Shown in pieces: positions 25,129 to 40,529 of a stretch of DNA of 64,000 bases (its first letter is position 1; each line of letters begins with the position of its first letter). A program made the position numbers and the translations under genes. Below the pieces are notes generated by a model. It saw only the letters and a program-made list of their open reading frames with translations, ran no database searches and was not told the origin of the DNA. The DNA comes from Octopus sinensis (lineage: Eukaryota): assembly GCF_006345805.1 (NCBI RefSeq), contig NC_043017.1, forward strand, positions 28,644,001-28,708,000, given 5' to 3'.

Positions 25129-25529
25129 TTATAAATAATGGGGATTGTATTAAACTGGCCAATGACATTTTTCTTCTGTGTTACGTTTCAACTTAACCTT
25201 TAAAACTATTATTCAGTCAAAATTTTTAAATATATGTCGCTTGCAGTATATTCGTAGTTCATAATTCATTTAAAGTATTTTATATAATTGCTCTTCCTGC
25301 ATCTATTTGACCAATATTTTTAACTACTTTCTCCAATGTATTTTGTATCAAACATATTATAGGCAATAAATACCCGAGCTTTTGTTTTCTTTTATAGAAG
25401 ATTAAATTTTGGTAAAAGTCTGAGCTGCATCCGAAGAAATATATATTATGAAACAAAAATAAACACAAAATTTTTTACACGAATCTGTTACCAACACGGC
25501 AGTCAACTATTTGAGGCCGAACACGAGTT

Positions 25530-25800
25530 TGATGTTGAATATATCCACGAATTTTCTGCTCAGATTGCTCTTCTCAAGACTGCAAGATGGCTTCGTGCAA
25601 TTCATGCCACGTTGTAGGGTTTTTCAGTTCAACTTTATCGGCCAAAACTTTGAAAATGCCTTCATCTAATGGATTCCACGCGTAAACATGTGTTGAATAG
25701 AAACTCACTGAATAAATCTTAATTAACTGTGTTGTCAATTGTATGCACCTGACATATGCTAACGTATATGCACCCAGACTTTTCACACAGAGGATATTTG
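25530..25800 (-). mobile_element. Possible Tc1/mariner transposase C-terminal remnant
   Basis: WNPLDEGIFKVLADKVELKNPTTWHELHEAILQS resembles DLNP.E..W..LK..V.......EL..AI...W. Confidence 0.35.
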
Positions 25801-26092
25801 CTAAGTTTCCAAATTATCTGACCCCTCAAATGTTCTCCATTCACCCAGCTCCCTCCCTCCCATTACACTTGTTATTTATACATACGTACCCAATTCTTAC
25901 ATTTTGGACTCGAGGTGCTGAAGCCATACCCGGCAAAAATTCATAGAATATTCGGAAATAATTGCTGTTGTAACGCTAGTTATTAAATATATATCTATAT
26001 GTACCTAAATACATATTTAGATATACATTAAGTGTATCTGCATACACATATACATACATATACACTCACATGCATATATATCTTTATATACA

Positions 26093-26146
<54 letters not shown>

Positions 26147-26849
26147 ATATATCTTATAAACACACACACACATATATACATATACACATGTGTGTATGTA
26201 TGTGTGGCATACACACACTCACACGCATATATATATATATATACATATATATTTTTATATACAAACTCAACCAACTCGTATATGTATATTTATATACATA
26301 CATACATATATATATATATATATTATATATATATATATATATATACATATATAGGTAAATAAATATAGATAGGTATATGCATGAGTACATAACTATACAT
26401 ACACACATGCTTACATACATATGTATATAAATAAAATACTTCTTTAAACACGCGTTCAAGTTATTTTCTTTTTGCATCAAATTGATATATATGAAAGACC
26501 AAAAATATTGTCAAGAACATGAACAGTTACAATGACTAATAAATTGCCTAAAACCACCCAAAACAACATTAATGAATAATTCTATTGTTCTATGTTAAAT
26601 TAACAACTGCACGAATTCAACTTTTGAAGCAGCTCAATTTGCTTTTTTCGAATTTCAAATTGCTCTGTCTTAACGTTTTAAATTAATAAAATAAGTACGA
26701 ACTGTTTTCTTTCATATACTCAATAATCCTTCAATATGTATTTCTGACACTTTTGACATGAAGTTCAAAGTTAGTACGTATGTCATCTCTCATCTTATTT
26801 TCTTCTCTCACAGAGTCCTCAAGCATGCTTTCCATTGGAACATGTCATA

Positions 26850-27540
26850 AACAACTAATCGACTCCAATTGATCCGGTTGAATCCCAAGGCGAGACCAGC
26901 CGAGCTAATTGATGTCATCCAACTATTGTTCCCTTAATCTCGTTCCGGTCGGTTTTGCTTGTAAAACCTGGCCAGCAATTCCTTCGTTTGATGGTCTTAC
27001 CGCATGTTCGTAGCATTGGCGCAGTAATATCGCAATTGGGAGAAGTGATGACTCTACTTGGAGCGATTCTCCTATCTCCGAGCAAGGTACTCTGTCCAGT
27101 AACAACTTTAAGGACCCATCGGAAGAAACTCATTTCTTCCGCTTGTATTCGCCATAATATTCTTTTGGTCATTGCATGATTCATAACCATATGTAAGGTA
27201 AGCAGCAGAAACAAAAAACTGAAGATAGTGGGTATGGCTTTTACACTAACCTTTTTCTGAAAATGGAATGTTGAAGCGGGCACAAATGCTCCTGTATTAC
27301 CTGAACTAATTCAAACTCCTGTTTCAATCACAGTCCTCAGATTCACGAAAGTCCTCGCTTGAGTCAGTGAACCTTGAGAAAATGAGTGTCTCAGTATTCG
27401 CAGCACTGATTTCCATTCTTGCTGAGCTGCGTTCAGCAAGAAAGTCCGCATCCAATTCTAACAGCCAGTGACTTGTAAGTCTCCAGCCTCTGCACTCATT
27501 ACTGGCACCGCAGCGGAATTTCCATCATACGTCCAAATGT
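26850..27540 (-). mobile_element. Decayed RTE-clade LINE RT/C-terminal fragment
   Basis: Minus frames RMEISAANTETLIFSR, TKRILWRIQAEEMSFFR and YEHAVR..EGIAGQVLQAKPTGTR.R resemble RTE motifs. Confidence 0.65.
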
Positions 27541-28809
27541 AATGGACCAACCACACAGTTATGATATCTAATTGCGAGATAGGAGGAACCTTCCGGAAGA
27601 ATAAGCAGCCTCAGACCAAACAGCGATAACCTCCCAAGGGAAATGGAGATTTGGGCAAAACTGTTAGATCCCAAAAACCTCTCACACCTCAGTGATATAG
27701 TTACGACGAAATAAGTAGGAACCTCCTAAAAAACACCACTTCTTCGCGGGTTCATGTGGGACCCAGAGATACAAAGATCATACATTAGTAATTGTCAAGT
27801 CCAACGATGAGATAAGGCATGGGATTGTCGAAGTGTTTAAACTTAAAATTTGAACTGAAGTTATATGACAGAAGGGACGTGATAACCTTGACGACACAAC
27901 CCTAATAATGTTGTGCAAACCTCATTTCAGTATGCAGAACATTTTAAGTTTTTTGTTCATCAAATAATATCATAGTTATAAGAACACGACAAAACAGTCT
28001 AGAACACAAGTCATGTACACATGGGAGTTGATAAAGACAAGCTCAGAACAGAAAAGAACAAAACATCCGAGTAACTCAAATGGAATACTATTTGGATGGC
28101 TATGTTAACCGTATTCACACGGATTTTGGTTGCATATTCAGTGCGTCTCAGCTAAGGCCATCGCAAGAGAATCTTCACTTAAGAAGATACGAACAGAGAA
28201 ATGGTGTGCAGCTCCGTTTAAAGTTCAAACTATAAATGTGTTACAATGATATCATGTCCCAGATCACTAAAACAGACTGTGTACGGACACTGGAATTGAA
28301 GGCGCCATCAACTAATAACCATAACCATTGAATGTGATGTATATACAGAATATTCCATACGATACCATTAGAATTAGAACAACCTCTATGATAAACATGT
28401 TCCACTAAATTCTTATAGATGTCAGAGCTGTTCTTGCAGGCTGCCACCACTTCAAATTAACTATGGCACACTTGGTAGCTTGTTCGCGCGTCCCACGTTT
28501 GAATTTCTTGGTTTAAAAGATATATTTATTCCCCTAAAAATTAAATCACTTTATATCCCTTTACTGATTTCATTGTAGGTCTCTTGAAAACTATATACCC
28601 TGTAAGTACTACAGTCTTCGTTTCTGACTATAAACAAATTATATTTCTTTCGAAAGTTTCTGACGATTTATAGCTACAGTGTCATGCATGACATATGGGG
28701 CTATCTACAATATTCACTAGGTGGCGTGACTATTGCGAATTCCAACAAAAGAAATATTTAAGTTATATCATGAAACACTTGATAAATGTAACCTGAAGTT
28801 CTAAATATG

Positions 28810-28813
28810 ATAT

Positions 28814-28861
<48 letters not shown>

Positions 28862-28894
28862 TATATATATATATATATATATACATATATATAT

Positions 28895-28957
<63 letters not shown>

Positions 28958-28972
28958 TATATATAAAGAGGG

Positions 28973-29009
<37 letters not shown>

Positions 29010-29010
29010 T

Positions 29011-29049
<39 letters not shown>

Positions 29050-29237
29050 TAGATATATATAGAGAGAAATAGAGATAGATAGATAGAGATAGATAGAGAT
29101 AGAGATAGAAATATTACATACATGCATCATGTATTCAATACTAAATTAAATGTATAATTTTTCTCTTAAGTTTAAATTATAGATAGATACATACATGCAT
29201 ATATATATACATATATATATAAACACACGCATGAAAC

Positions 29238-29296
<59 letters not shown>

Positions 29297-29309
29297 GTAT
29301 ATATATACA

Positions 29310-29347
<38 letters not shown>

Positions 29348-29425
29348 ATATATATATACATATATATATATATAAACACACGCATGAAACTATATATATA
29401 TATATACATATATATATATAATATA

Positions 29426-29472
<47 letters not shown>

Positions 29473-29480
29473 CATATATT
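28810..29480. repeat. Compound (TA)n/(GATA)n microsatellite
   Basis: Direct reading. Confidence 0.9.
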
Positions 29481-31126
29481 TATAGTTTCATGCGTGTGTG
29501 TTTATGTCTGTATACACTAAACATTATATATATACTATTAAATGCACCATTTTATTTGATGCACACGTTCTTCCAAAATGCATCTGGTTGCAGTAAAGCG
29601 TGCCGTAAGTAAAGCAAATCTGGAACTCAAAGATACGGAACAATCCGAATGAAGCTGAAAAGGATGTTAACATAGAAAACGAAAGATCTGCAGGTAGAAT
29701 AAGAACCCTCAACTGTTTCCTGGTGGCATAAAACTTTTTATCTAATTTCATATTCAAGTTTGATGGACGGTGAAGTAGAAAAGCATCGACTTTACAAGTA
29801 ACACTTTATTAATTCCATCATGTAGACATCTCAAGGGAACATAAAGAAGGAAATGATAAATATTTACTCTATTAACACTATAATCGCGCCAACATGGCCG
29901 CGATACTTCATGTTTGATAAATAGGTATTTTTGATGGGGTTAATTTTTATTCGACGACGCCATTCCATTTATCCGTTTACCCAAGTGTGTAAGTTTAGTT
30001 AGTTTTACAATGCTTTTAGTCCATCGAGAATATGGTGTTAAAAGCTAATAGCCATCTTTGAATCAACAGAACACATTAATTATGCATGTATATACATACA
30101 TATATATGAGTGTGCATATGTATGTATATGCACATGTATATATATATATATATACCCATTAATGGGGATGCGTATAAACATAAAAAGTTATACACACACA
30201 CACACACATATATATATATATCAGGTCTAGTTACAATATAGATTCATATATAATTATGCAGAAACACATAAGTATAAACTGTAGACAGACAGACAGACAC
30301 GCATACACACGCACGCACACAAACACATACATGTATGTAAGTGTGTATGAATACATATGTGTGTGTGTTTGTGTGTATAGATATATACTTACACAGAAAC
30401 TCACACACACGCATATATACACATACCTAACTACCTACATACCTACATACATACATGCATTGATACACACGTATACACACTCACCTACATACACATATAT
30501 ATGCATTTAGAAGTTGATAATTCTGTGTTCTTTGGGGGTGTTCTGTTGGTGTTATGGTAAATTGGAGAAAGGAAGGAGACAAAAGCGAGAAAATATAAAT
30601 GAGACATTGAGATAATATAAGAGAAAGAGAAGGAGTAAGGCGGTGATAGTCGGAGAGCGAGTGTGAGAGAGAGAGAGGGACGTGGTGAGACTAGCAATTA
30701 ATGAGGGAATTTGAGAAAAAAAATATATGTGCAAGAAACTATAGTATAACACAATCGAATAATACTATAAAAAAAAAAGCGGTTCACTTAAACTAATGCA
30801 TTCTCACGCTTCTCTATGTACTGTAATATAGTGTGACTAAAGGACAAAGAAGAAAGGCAAAAAAAAAAAACGAAAAAAAATAAATAGGAAACTAAGAATG
30901 ACAGTAATAAATTTCAAAGTCTCCCTCTTTGTTGTAGGGAAAAAAAATATCGACAAAAATGAAGAGAACGAAATTGATAGAAACAAAAGAAAAATCCTCT
31001 AACATGAATAAGAAAGGAGAGAATTGCTAGAAGAGGGAGTTGTGTTGTCAAGCCTACGATTAAAACATCTGAAAAATTGTAAAAGGAAACGCATACGTTT
31101 ATCAATGCAGATCTCTTTGCAGCAGC

Positions 31127-31322
31127 TGTGTGTATGTATGTATGTATGTATGTATGTATGTATGTATGTATGTATGTATGTATGTATGCATGTATGTATG
31201 TATGTATGTATGTATTTATGTATGTATGCATGTATTTATGTATGTATATATGTATCTATGTATGTATGTATGCATGTATGTATGTATGTATGTATGTCTG
31301 TATGTATTTATGTATGTATGAA

Positions 31323-31355
<33 letters not shown>

Positions 31356-31730
31356 TTATGTATGTATGCATGTGTGTATGTATGTATTTATGTATGTATG
31401 TATTTCTGTATGTATGTATGTATTCATGTATGTATGTATGTATTTATGTATGTATTTATGTATGTATGTATATATGTGTGTATGTATTTATTTATGTATG
31501 TATGTATATATGTATTTATGTATGTATGCATTTATGTGTGTATGTATTGATGTATGTATGTATTTATGCATGAATGTATGTATCTATTTATGTATGTATG
31601 CATTTATGTATGTATGTATTGATGTATGTATGTATTTATGTATGTATGTATGTATCTATTTATGTATGTATGCATGTATTTATGTATGTATGTGTGTATG
31701 TATGTATGTATGTATGTATGTATGTATCGA
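31127..31730 (+). repeat. ~600 bp degenerate (TATG)n microsatellite
   Basis: Direct reading; source of the YVCM ORFs. Confidence 0.95.
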
Positions 31731-32539
31731 TGTATGCACATATATGCTATTCAATATGTGTCTGTGTATGTATATATGTATCGATGTATGCATATATATG
31801 CTGTTCAGTGTGTGTCTGTTTATCTCTTTTAGTTTTGTGTACAAATGTGTCTGTGTATGTATAGGGTGTGTATGTTTTCCCTCGTTTATGTATAATAGAT
31901 GTGTATATATTTGTATGTCTGGCTGGATTACAGAGTGTCGCCTCACTTGAGACGAAGCAAATATTTACAAACAAATCTTTAAAGAACTTTGGTGAACCAG
32001 TTCATTACTTTCGCGTAATGTTACTGTTGCTGTTGTTATTGTAGTTGCTGCTTTATATTTGTCATTCATATCATTCGTATTGGACATTTCTATTCTTATT
32101 ATATCTTTTTAATGCTTTTATATTTATATCTTCAGTATTTATTTTTATTCATTCCACGCATAAATTCTTTTCCGAAAAATATTTTAATTTTATTTTCCCA
32201 TTTCATTTGAATTTTAAGTATTATTTTATGTTCTTTTAAGTCTTTCTCGTTTTTTTTTATTTGACTTCCTTTTACTCTCGTTTAGGTTGCAAAATATTCT
32301 GTGAAATATGTATTCATTTCCCATTCTCAGAGACGTGTAAGCACAAAAATTCACAAGCCATACACAAGCAGATTTAAACTTACGCATTTGCATTCTTTAC
32401 ACGCACATCTAAATGTTTTTGGATACACATATACAGAAAGAAAATGTTAGAAGTGAGTTAGACAGATGTGAAGGATCAAAACAATTGTAATCAAAGGATA
32501 TTTTTGATTTATTCTTGCTTTCCTGCTTTCAGCCAGAGG

Positions 32540-33000
32540 ATGAAGCTGTGCTGGGATTGTCTTTATTTTCTAGATTGTTTATGGTGTAGCATACTAGACA
32601 GAGTAGCACTTTTTTTATGTATCCTCTCTCAATGTGGAATCCTTTGGTATTTCAGAAGGAAATCTGTCTAAATCTTCTTCGAAAATCTCCATATCTTCAT
32701 CTCGCAGAACTCTAGCAGACTACTGAATACACATGAAATATTGTACCTCAAGACGTTAGACTACTGAGTCCTTACCCCAGAGGGAGACACGAGATCTTTG
32801 TTATTACACGATGCCATCAATCTCGGTAGTTGGTACAGCTTTCAAATCCCAAATGGAGAGCAAGCCCTTCCAGGATATTCCATATATTAATCAGTACATA
32901 TTGTTCGTGTGATCTCTCTAAGAAATAGACCATCTCTTCATTTTGCCTCTCCCAGTATCCCATATGTTGTAGTGAGTCGCCTTTGTATAATCGCTCTATA
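32540..33000 (-). mobile_element. Decayed CR1-like LINE 3' coding end
   Basis: Minus frames GYWERQ...FLERSHEQY, W.ILEGL and IFEEDLDRFPSEIP resemble the YWERL..L.LYSLERR.ERY / FK..LD.FL..IPD motifs. Confidence 0.5.
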
Positions 33001-33900
33001 TTGCCCCAAGTTCTGCTTTTAGTCTGACGGTCTGCGGGATTTTGGTAATCTAAAAATCTATGTTTCTATATACTTAATTAGTACTGTATATCTGCTTACA
33101 TACGCACATGAACCGCACAAGCATATACGCATATATATATATATATATACAACTTATAAATAAGGGCAAACGAAAAGATTTCTAATGCTAAATATGCCGA
33201 AATTAGACACCTTGTCCATAATCATATAATTTTTCACAATACGCACGCTACTCAAAAAAGATCGACAGAAATTTCTAAAACATTCCATTATTACCATATC
33301 TTTGTCGACTGGCTGGTCACCTAGATGCAATCATGGACTGGTACACTGGCGTTTTAATACAGAATCTTTTCATGAACTCAGTAAAAACTCCACAAATTGT
33401 TCTTTGTTAACCACGTAGCTAGGAGTAACCAAGTAGATGTTCATGATGCACTCGCTATTGTAAAATCCAATAATTGTGAGTTTCTCGGTGGACCTGCTTT
33501 GCCCGGCCTCCTGTGTTAGCTAAAAACAGATGCTTGGCTCGTACGAGTTAACCCATAAGCATTCTGAAGCATTTCATATGTTTCTGTAACATTCTGACTA
33601 AGTTTTAACACAAGACATGATTGCATAGCGAGTTTCCAAATTGTCTTCACATCCCGACTTTAATCCTAAAATAATAAGGTCTGAAAAACTGTATCTAGTA
33701 GGGTGTGTTCAATGTGCTATAACATAGCACATTTAATTCTGGAAAAACAAATGTTGGCAGGTCGGTTTTGGTAGATATAAAACAGTGATACACTAGAATT
33801 CCAAAATTTAGAACGTTTAAAAATACCTCTCCTAAAAGAAAAAGAAAATCTACTGAAAAGAACCCCTTACATATCAGTTATGTCTACCTGTAAGCTCAAA

Positions 33901-33937
<37 letters not shown>

Positions 33938-34229
33938 GAGCATAACACCCCCACCCCATCCAATGAACGGTGCTGAGTTGTCAAACATTTAAACCAAATT
34001 TTCTCAAAACAACTTGTCCGATTGTTCCATAGGATTCTCCTTTGAGAAAGACTGATTAAACTTATATTTGAGACACCAGCAAAAGAAGAAATAAAGATAG
34101 ACTTTTTTTCTATTCCAAAGAAAAACTATTTTATTCACACAAACGGTTTTATTCACAAAAGCAACAAAAATGGAAGGTGCAGTTTTGTACAGGTTGACGG
34201 GAGAAAAGCATGACAAAAACGGCTTTATC

Positions 34230-34396
34230 GATCGCATTCTCACCTGGAATCAATTTTTGTAATTTTTTCAAGATTCATACACGCCCTGATATCGTCGGTA
34301 TCTACATGTCAAATTTGGGCGCAATCGGATGGAGGATGCCCGAGATCCTAGAATACACACAGACAGACAGAAAGACAGAACGGATTTTATATAAGA
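34230..34396 (-). mobile_element. Helitron-like 5' end of another subfamily
   Basis: Minus A|TCTTATATAAAATCCGTTCTGTCTTTCTGTCTGTCTGTGTG; 3' CTAG end not clearly intact. Confidence 0.35.
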
Positions 34397-35507
34397 TATA
34401 TATATACAAGTCTATCTACTGAATACGTTAGTGAATGATGTGACGTAGAGTTGGCTGGAATTTCTATTAGAGCAATCGTAAGCTTATTTGCTTTCAATCG
34501 TTGGTTGATAAATCAGAAATATCCCATTTCGATAATAAAAAAGACCAAACATACACACAAATATAGACACTGGCACGCACTCAGAACGATTTATATCTCT
34601 AGTGAGAATTCCCCATTAATGGTATGTTTAAGTAACTGTTCACTTCTGTTATCCGAGGTGGTGAACTAAAAACCTTCGCTATTGAGATAACATTTAGTTA
34701 TTACCGCCTTTGTTCACAGCACTAGAATATCAGAATGATTTATGTTTGCCAAAATGGATTGGAAGTAGTACCATTTTGCAATGTAGTAATTAGTTATTGA
34801 ATATCTTCCATAGAAATCATTATTGGCATATGACATTCAGTACGTTAATAAAAAGAATTGATATATTTACGAATAGATTTGTGAATAAATACCGACTGCT
34901 AGTTATTATTTCCTTTCTTAAGCATTGAGAATCTAGTAAATCGCTTCTTATCTCTGTCTTCCAGCATATCATGAGAATACGAGCCAATATTTCCCAGAAT
35001 AGGGCAGCAGCCGTTCGCTGATAACTAACTTTTATATACTATGTGGAGAATAGAACTCTTAACCATCAAGTTAATGGTCACCAAATCAATTGTTTTACAT
35101 TATCGATGCCTAGATTGAATATGGATGGCAATCTGCTCATCCATAACTGGATCAAGAATATTCCGTTAAGAAATAATTGTCTTGTCTATCAATGCATCAG
35201 GAAATATTTGAGTGGTGAAGTTTCGGTACAGATTTGATTGTAACCTAGGTACGTTCAATATAATAGAATTTAAATTTATGTTAAAAACAATATATACACG
35301 TGATATTACACATACTCAAACACGAGTGCTCGCATGCATACAGGTTGTGTACGTTTCTTTACTTATTTATGGATAATATATATATATTTATGGATATATA
35401 TATATATATATAAGACAAAGACGAGTGTGTAAACAACAAACTGATGTATTAGTTTAACGCTCGGGAAGCGAGAAAGCCCGCTACGTTTCGAGTGTACGCT
35501 CTTCGAC

Positions 35508-35561
<54 letters not shown>

Positions 35562-35651
35562 GTAATTAAGATTCAGTTGAATTAGGTATTTAAATTAAGG
35601 TACCAAGCCAGCTACTTATTTACTATGTATATATGTGTGTATATATGTATG

Positions 35652-35876
35652 TTTGTGTGTCTGTGTTTGACCCCCCAACATCGCTTGATAACCGATGATG
35701 GTGTGTTTACGTCCCCGTAACTTAGCTGTTCGGCAAAGGAGACCGATAGAATAAGTACTAGGCTTACAAAGAATGTCCTGGGGTCGATTTCCTGGATTAC
35801 TGGCGGCGATACAGCATGGCCACAGTCAAATGACTGAAAAAAGCAAAAGCGTGCAAGAGTAAAGTGTAAAAGAGTA
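35652..35876 (+). mobile_element. SINE family A, 3' half only
   Basis: Begins at the internal microsatellite. Confidence 0.8.
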
Positions 35877-36581
35877 TATTTCGATTCTTTCAGTAAAATT
35901 AATTCCAACTCTCAGAGTACAAGCAAGTTAACACCTAGTTTTAATATTTGTTATAATAAAAATTAATAGTCCTACCATAACACATGCTGATAGGACATTT
36001 AGTTGGAATTGTTTTGTCCCTGAGTACCAAACAGAAATAAGCAAATGCCTGAAAATCAGTGTTTAAGGAAACATATAGAGTATCAACATAAAGCTATAGC
36101 ATATGATCATAAATATTATTACATAATTTCATATCTTACAATTTGGAAATCTAGATATCATCATCGTTCTTCTTCATTCTCTAAATTTAAAATAGGCATT
36201 GGGTATTTTTGGGTATTTATTAGATAGAGTCAGTAAGTATGAATTAAATTTATCCATCGTTAGGTACTCACCATCATGAAATATTGGCAATTCTACACGT
36301 GATTTTTGCATTGAAGAAATGAAATAAATAGTTACTTCTAAATTAATTTAATTAAAGTGTAATAGTAATTTTACAATGAAATATTGTCATATATTTCAGA
36401 AAATATCTACATATTTCGTTTTTTTTAATTATAACGCTTTTTTCCATATATTATATAATAAGGATAATTATTTTCAAAATATGTTTAATATATTTAATAG
36501 ATAGATAACGAATTGTCCTGACATCCAGTCTCCATGTTTGTAATTCTCATGACGAAAAATTCATGTTTATTTTATATTATA

Positions 36582-36914
36582 CTAGCAGTATCGCCCGGCG
36601 TTGCTCGGGTTTGTAAGGCAAATAACTATATAAGCATTTTTAGAGAGTTATAGCCCCAAAAATAGCAAAAAAATGCATTAAAATGGAAAAAAAATTATGG
36701 TAAATTTTTCTTAAAATCGTTGACTCATCGTAGACATTTTTAGAGAGTTACTTCCCTTATATAATAGAGAAAGAAATGCATTAAAATGGAAAAATGATGG
36801 TAATTTTTTTTTAAATCGTAGACTCATCGTAGACGCGCGCTAATACCCAGAAGGGCTCGCTGGGAATCTAAATCGTAGGAGACAGACACACAACTTGACT
36901 TTTATATATAAAGA
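36582..36914 (-). mobile_element. Non-autonomous Helitron
   Basis: Minus strand A|TCTTTATATATAA...CCCGAGCAACGCCGGGCGATACTGCTAG|T; internal deletion relative to 48090. Confidence 0.8.
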
Positions 36915-38218
36915 TATTTTTAGAGTAGAAAATTATCTTACTTAGATTATATTGTTGCTTAACGTTCTTTTTTTGTATGAGTTCGCGTACTGGAGATATT
37001 TTCTTAGATCAATTCGAATCTAACGCATTTTGGATCATCTTGAATACGTTGTATTTACTTGTATTTCTAAATATACCAATTTGAATTATGTTTTTTAAAT
37101 CTAAATATATCGATACAATAGGTACCGATGGTCAGCTTTGTATGGTGAATTTAAGGGTATTTCAATACACTTAAATTTAACAACCTGAATTGTTTTCTTG
37201 AATACATTTTGATATTTTCATCATCCACCAACAGTCATCAACCCAAAACGTGATTATAAGATTTAATATTTACTTAAATTTAAGTATATTATATTTTATA
37301 TTTCGTACAACATAGGCCATCATAATCTTCCAGACCATGAAGTTCATCCGAATTAGATGTCCTGATCGAATGATGTGGCATGAACCTTTGGTTTGGAATT
37401 TAGTCAGATCGGCCTCTGGCTTGCTGATATATCTCATGTTTACACGTACCGAATGCAGATGATAATTGCACTTCGCTAACAGAACTGCTTGATCCAGGCC
37501 GTTGATAGCCAGTTACTTGTTTGCTCAATTAACATCTGATACTATTTGGCATTAATTCCATAGAATTCACTGGTCGAAGAAGTCCTCATCCACCATGTTA
37601 CATCCCCTGGATTAGAATACTTCATGCTATTTAACTATTGCTGTGATCCTGATAGGTTCCAGTACTCCGTATCAGAGTATAACTGGGAACAGTAGTGGCT
37701 CAGAGATGGTTCCACAATCTCCAAATCCCTGGATGCTCATATGCTCATTGTTGGATGCAATCCAAAGTCCTATCGAGGTAACTATACGCAGGCCCGTGCT
37801 AGAGAATCTATATATTGCACTGATGAGAATCAATCGATATCTATTAATAAATTTCATTAAAGCTTTTCGTTTTAACATTACATATGGACATTAAATGTGG
37901 GCGGAAAATATGAAATGAAATATATGAATGAATGGATTTTTACAACAAAGAGGAGTTCAATGACATTTAAATGTCTGTCATCGGTTCACTTCATTTGGAA
38001 TGAAATGATTTCGCTTTGTAAGGATGACATTAATATTACATCTAAAATATAGATATTCTAAACCGTAGTTTAGGCCCATAGATTGGTTTCTTTGGACGGA
38101 AAATAATAGGATTATCATTATCCAGCAAAGAATAATTAAAAATTGGATTATAAAAGTCCTCATACAAACATACAAGCATTTGCGTATATCATGTATTATG
38201 TAATGCGTACACGCATAT

Positions 38219-38258
<40 letters not shown>

Positions 38259-38411
38259 ACACAGACATGCACGCGCACACAAACATGTATACAGATATAC
38301 ACATATATTTAAGTCTATTTTGAAACGGTAGAAAATACCCCATTATCTACGATTGTGAAGATATATCACTCTCAGGTAAATGTATATATGCATATATATA
38401 TACACATCTAT

Positions 38412-38448
<37 letters not shown>

Positions 38449-38614
38449 CATGTATGTATCTATCTATCCATGTATGTATGTATGTATGTATGTATGTGTG
38501 TATGTATGTATGTATGTATGTACGTATGTATGTATGTATGTATGTACGTATGTATGTATGTATGTATGTATGTATGTATGTGTGTATGTATTTATCTATC
38601 TATATACATCTATA

Positions 38615-38740
38615 ATTATAATTAGGGTTCAGCTAACTGCTTCACCACATAACGAAATTAGAAATAGGAGTTAAAAATTCCCTTTCAGAAAGGGAATTTT
38701 CGGTATGTGGTGAAGCAGTTAGCTGAACCCTAATTATAAT
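38615..38740. mobile_element. Palindromic MITE-like element (43-bp arms, inner hairpin)
   Basis: ATTATAATTAGGGTTCAGCTAACTGCTTCACCACATA(A/C)CGAAA inverted arms with 1 mismatch; inner AAAATTCCCTTTCAGAAAGGGAATTTT. Confidence 0.7.
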
Positions 38741-38856
38741 AATGCGGATAAATTTCTCTATAAAGCTTATTTTAACGTACCGATCTACTTGGTAAAATTG
38801 TTAATTCATTAATCTAATTAATAAATGTTATCCTTAATTTATATAGATATAGATAT

Positions 38857-39012
38857 AGGCGCAGGAGTGGTTGTGTGGTAAGTAGCTTGCTAACCAACCA
38901 CATGGTTCCGGGTTCAGTCCCACTGCGTGGCATCTTGGGCAAGTGTCTTCTGCTATGCCTTGTGAGTGGATTTGGTAGACGGAAACTGAAAGAAGCCTGT
39001 CGTATATATGTA

Positions 39013-39063
<51 letters not shown>

Positions 39064-39273
39064 CTGTGTTTGTCCCGCTAGCATTGCTTGGCAACCGATG
39101 CTGGTGTGTTTACGTCCCCGTCACTTAGCGCTTCGGCAAAAGAGAGCGATAAAATAAGTACTGGGCTTACAAAGAATAAGTCCCGGGGTCGATTTTTATC
39201 GACTAAAGGCGGTGCTCCAGCATGGCCGACATCAAATGACTGAAACAAGTAAAAGAGTAAAAGAGTTAAGAGT
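38857..39273 (+). mobile_element. SINE family A
   Basis: Full-length copy adjoining the PLE fragment. Confidence 0.9.
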
Positions 39274-40098
39274 ATAGGTTGTGGGGTCCTTTGAAGGAGG
39301 GAAGGGGTAGGTTGGAGAAGATGTGCGAGGATGAGTGGTCGGACTGGAGTCGCCGAAAGGCTCGGAGAATGGTACGTTGGAGGGGCAGGGATGGTAGGTG
39401 AGAGGAAACGAGAGACGGGCAAAGACGGTTGGGTGCTGGGAGAAAGATCAGAGGCACGGTCCACGGAACATGCCCTGGAAATGGCTGTGTGGATAGTGGG
39501 GAGTGGATATCTACGAAGGATGAATTGGCGAGTCATGAGTTGAGATTGAGACTCAAAATCATTGTTGTCAATGCAGAGCCTGCTCAAACGGAAGAATTGA
39601 GAATTGGTGACAGGAAACTTGGTGTGGGTAAGGTGGACGAGAAATTAATCTAGGAGTGTTGGTTGCTGTGCTTGTAGTGGATGGAGGTAGTGAGAGCGGA
39701 GTGTTTTCTGTTGAGAAAAATGTCGAGAAATGCAACGGAAGTTTTGGAAATGGTGCAGGAGAATTCGAGGGCAGGATGGAATTACCGAAGAAAAAGAGGA
39801 AGGCGTCTGGTTTTTCACGGGAGGATGATGTCAGACGGATACAGTGATCAATATAACGACGGAGTGGGAATATTTGGGCCTCAACATACCCAACAAATAG
39901 GTTCGCATAATTGTGGCCCATTCTCGTTCCCATAGCTAATCTCGAGAAATGTCCGTAAAAATCCCCGGCGATAGAGAAGCAGTTGAGGGAGAGAACAAGT
40001 TCGGTCAGACGAAGGAGTGTGGAGTTGTTAGGTTGGCGGTTGAGTCGAAGGTCCAGAGAGTGTTTAAATGGAAGAAGTCCTTTGTTGTGTAAGATCAC
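39274..40098 (-). mobile_element. Penelope-like element reverse transcriptase fragment (decayed)
   Basis: Minus translation LLRLTELVLSLNCFSIAGDFY...AMGTRMGHNYANLFVGYVEAQIF...RYIDH matches PLE RT motifs (G.AMG..M.P.YANLF.G, RYIDD), followed by thumb-like RQFILRRYP. Confidence 0.8.
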
Positions 40099-40505
40099 AC
40101 TCTTTACCCTTTTACTCTTTAACTTGTTTCAGTCATTTGACTGCGGCCATGCTGGAGCACCGCCTTTAGTCGAGCAAATTGACCCCTGGACTTATTCTTT
40201 GTAAGCCCAGTACTTATTCTATCGGTCTCTTTTGCCGAACCGCTAAGTGACGGGGACGTAAACACACCAGCATCGGTTGTCAAGCGATGTTGGAAGGGAC
40301 AAACACAAACACACACACACATATATATATATACATATATACGACAGGCTTCTTTCAGTTTCCGTCTACCAAATCCACTCACAAGGCATTGGCCGGCCCG
40401 GGGCTATAGCAGAAGACACTTGCCCAAGATGCCACGGCGTGGGACTGAACCCGGAATCATGTGGTTGGTTAGCACGCTACTTACCACACAGTCACTCCTG
40501 CGCCT
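40099..40505 (-). mobile_element. SINE family A inserted in PLE
   Basis: Full-length copy splitting the PLE RT. Confidence 0.9.
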
Positions 40506-40529
40506 ATATAATTTTTTTTATATCAGGAG

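Noticed and set aside
27540-28470. Possible further LINE remnants
   Set aside because: Motif similarity too weak to assign.
36186-36238. Mini-exon ALGIFGYLLDRV with GTAAGT donor, resembling MFS motif A
   Set aside because: Only 12 codons, weak acceptor, no supporting neighbouring exons.
37300-37900. Possible LINE endonuclease remnant (GDF-like word on minus strand)
   Set aside because: Single short motif with stops; unsupported.
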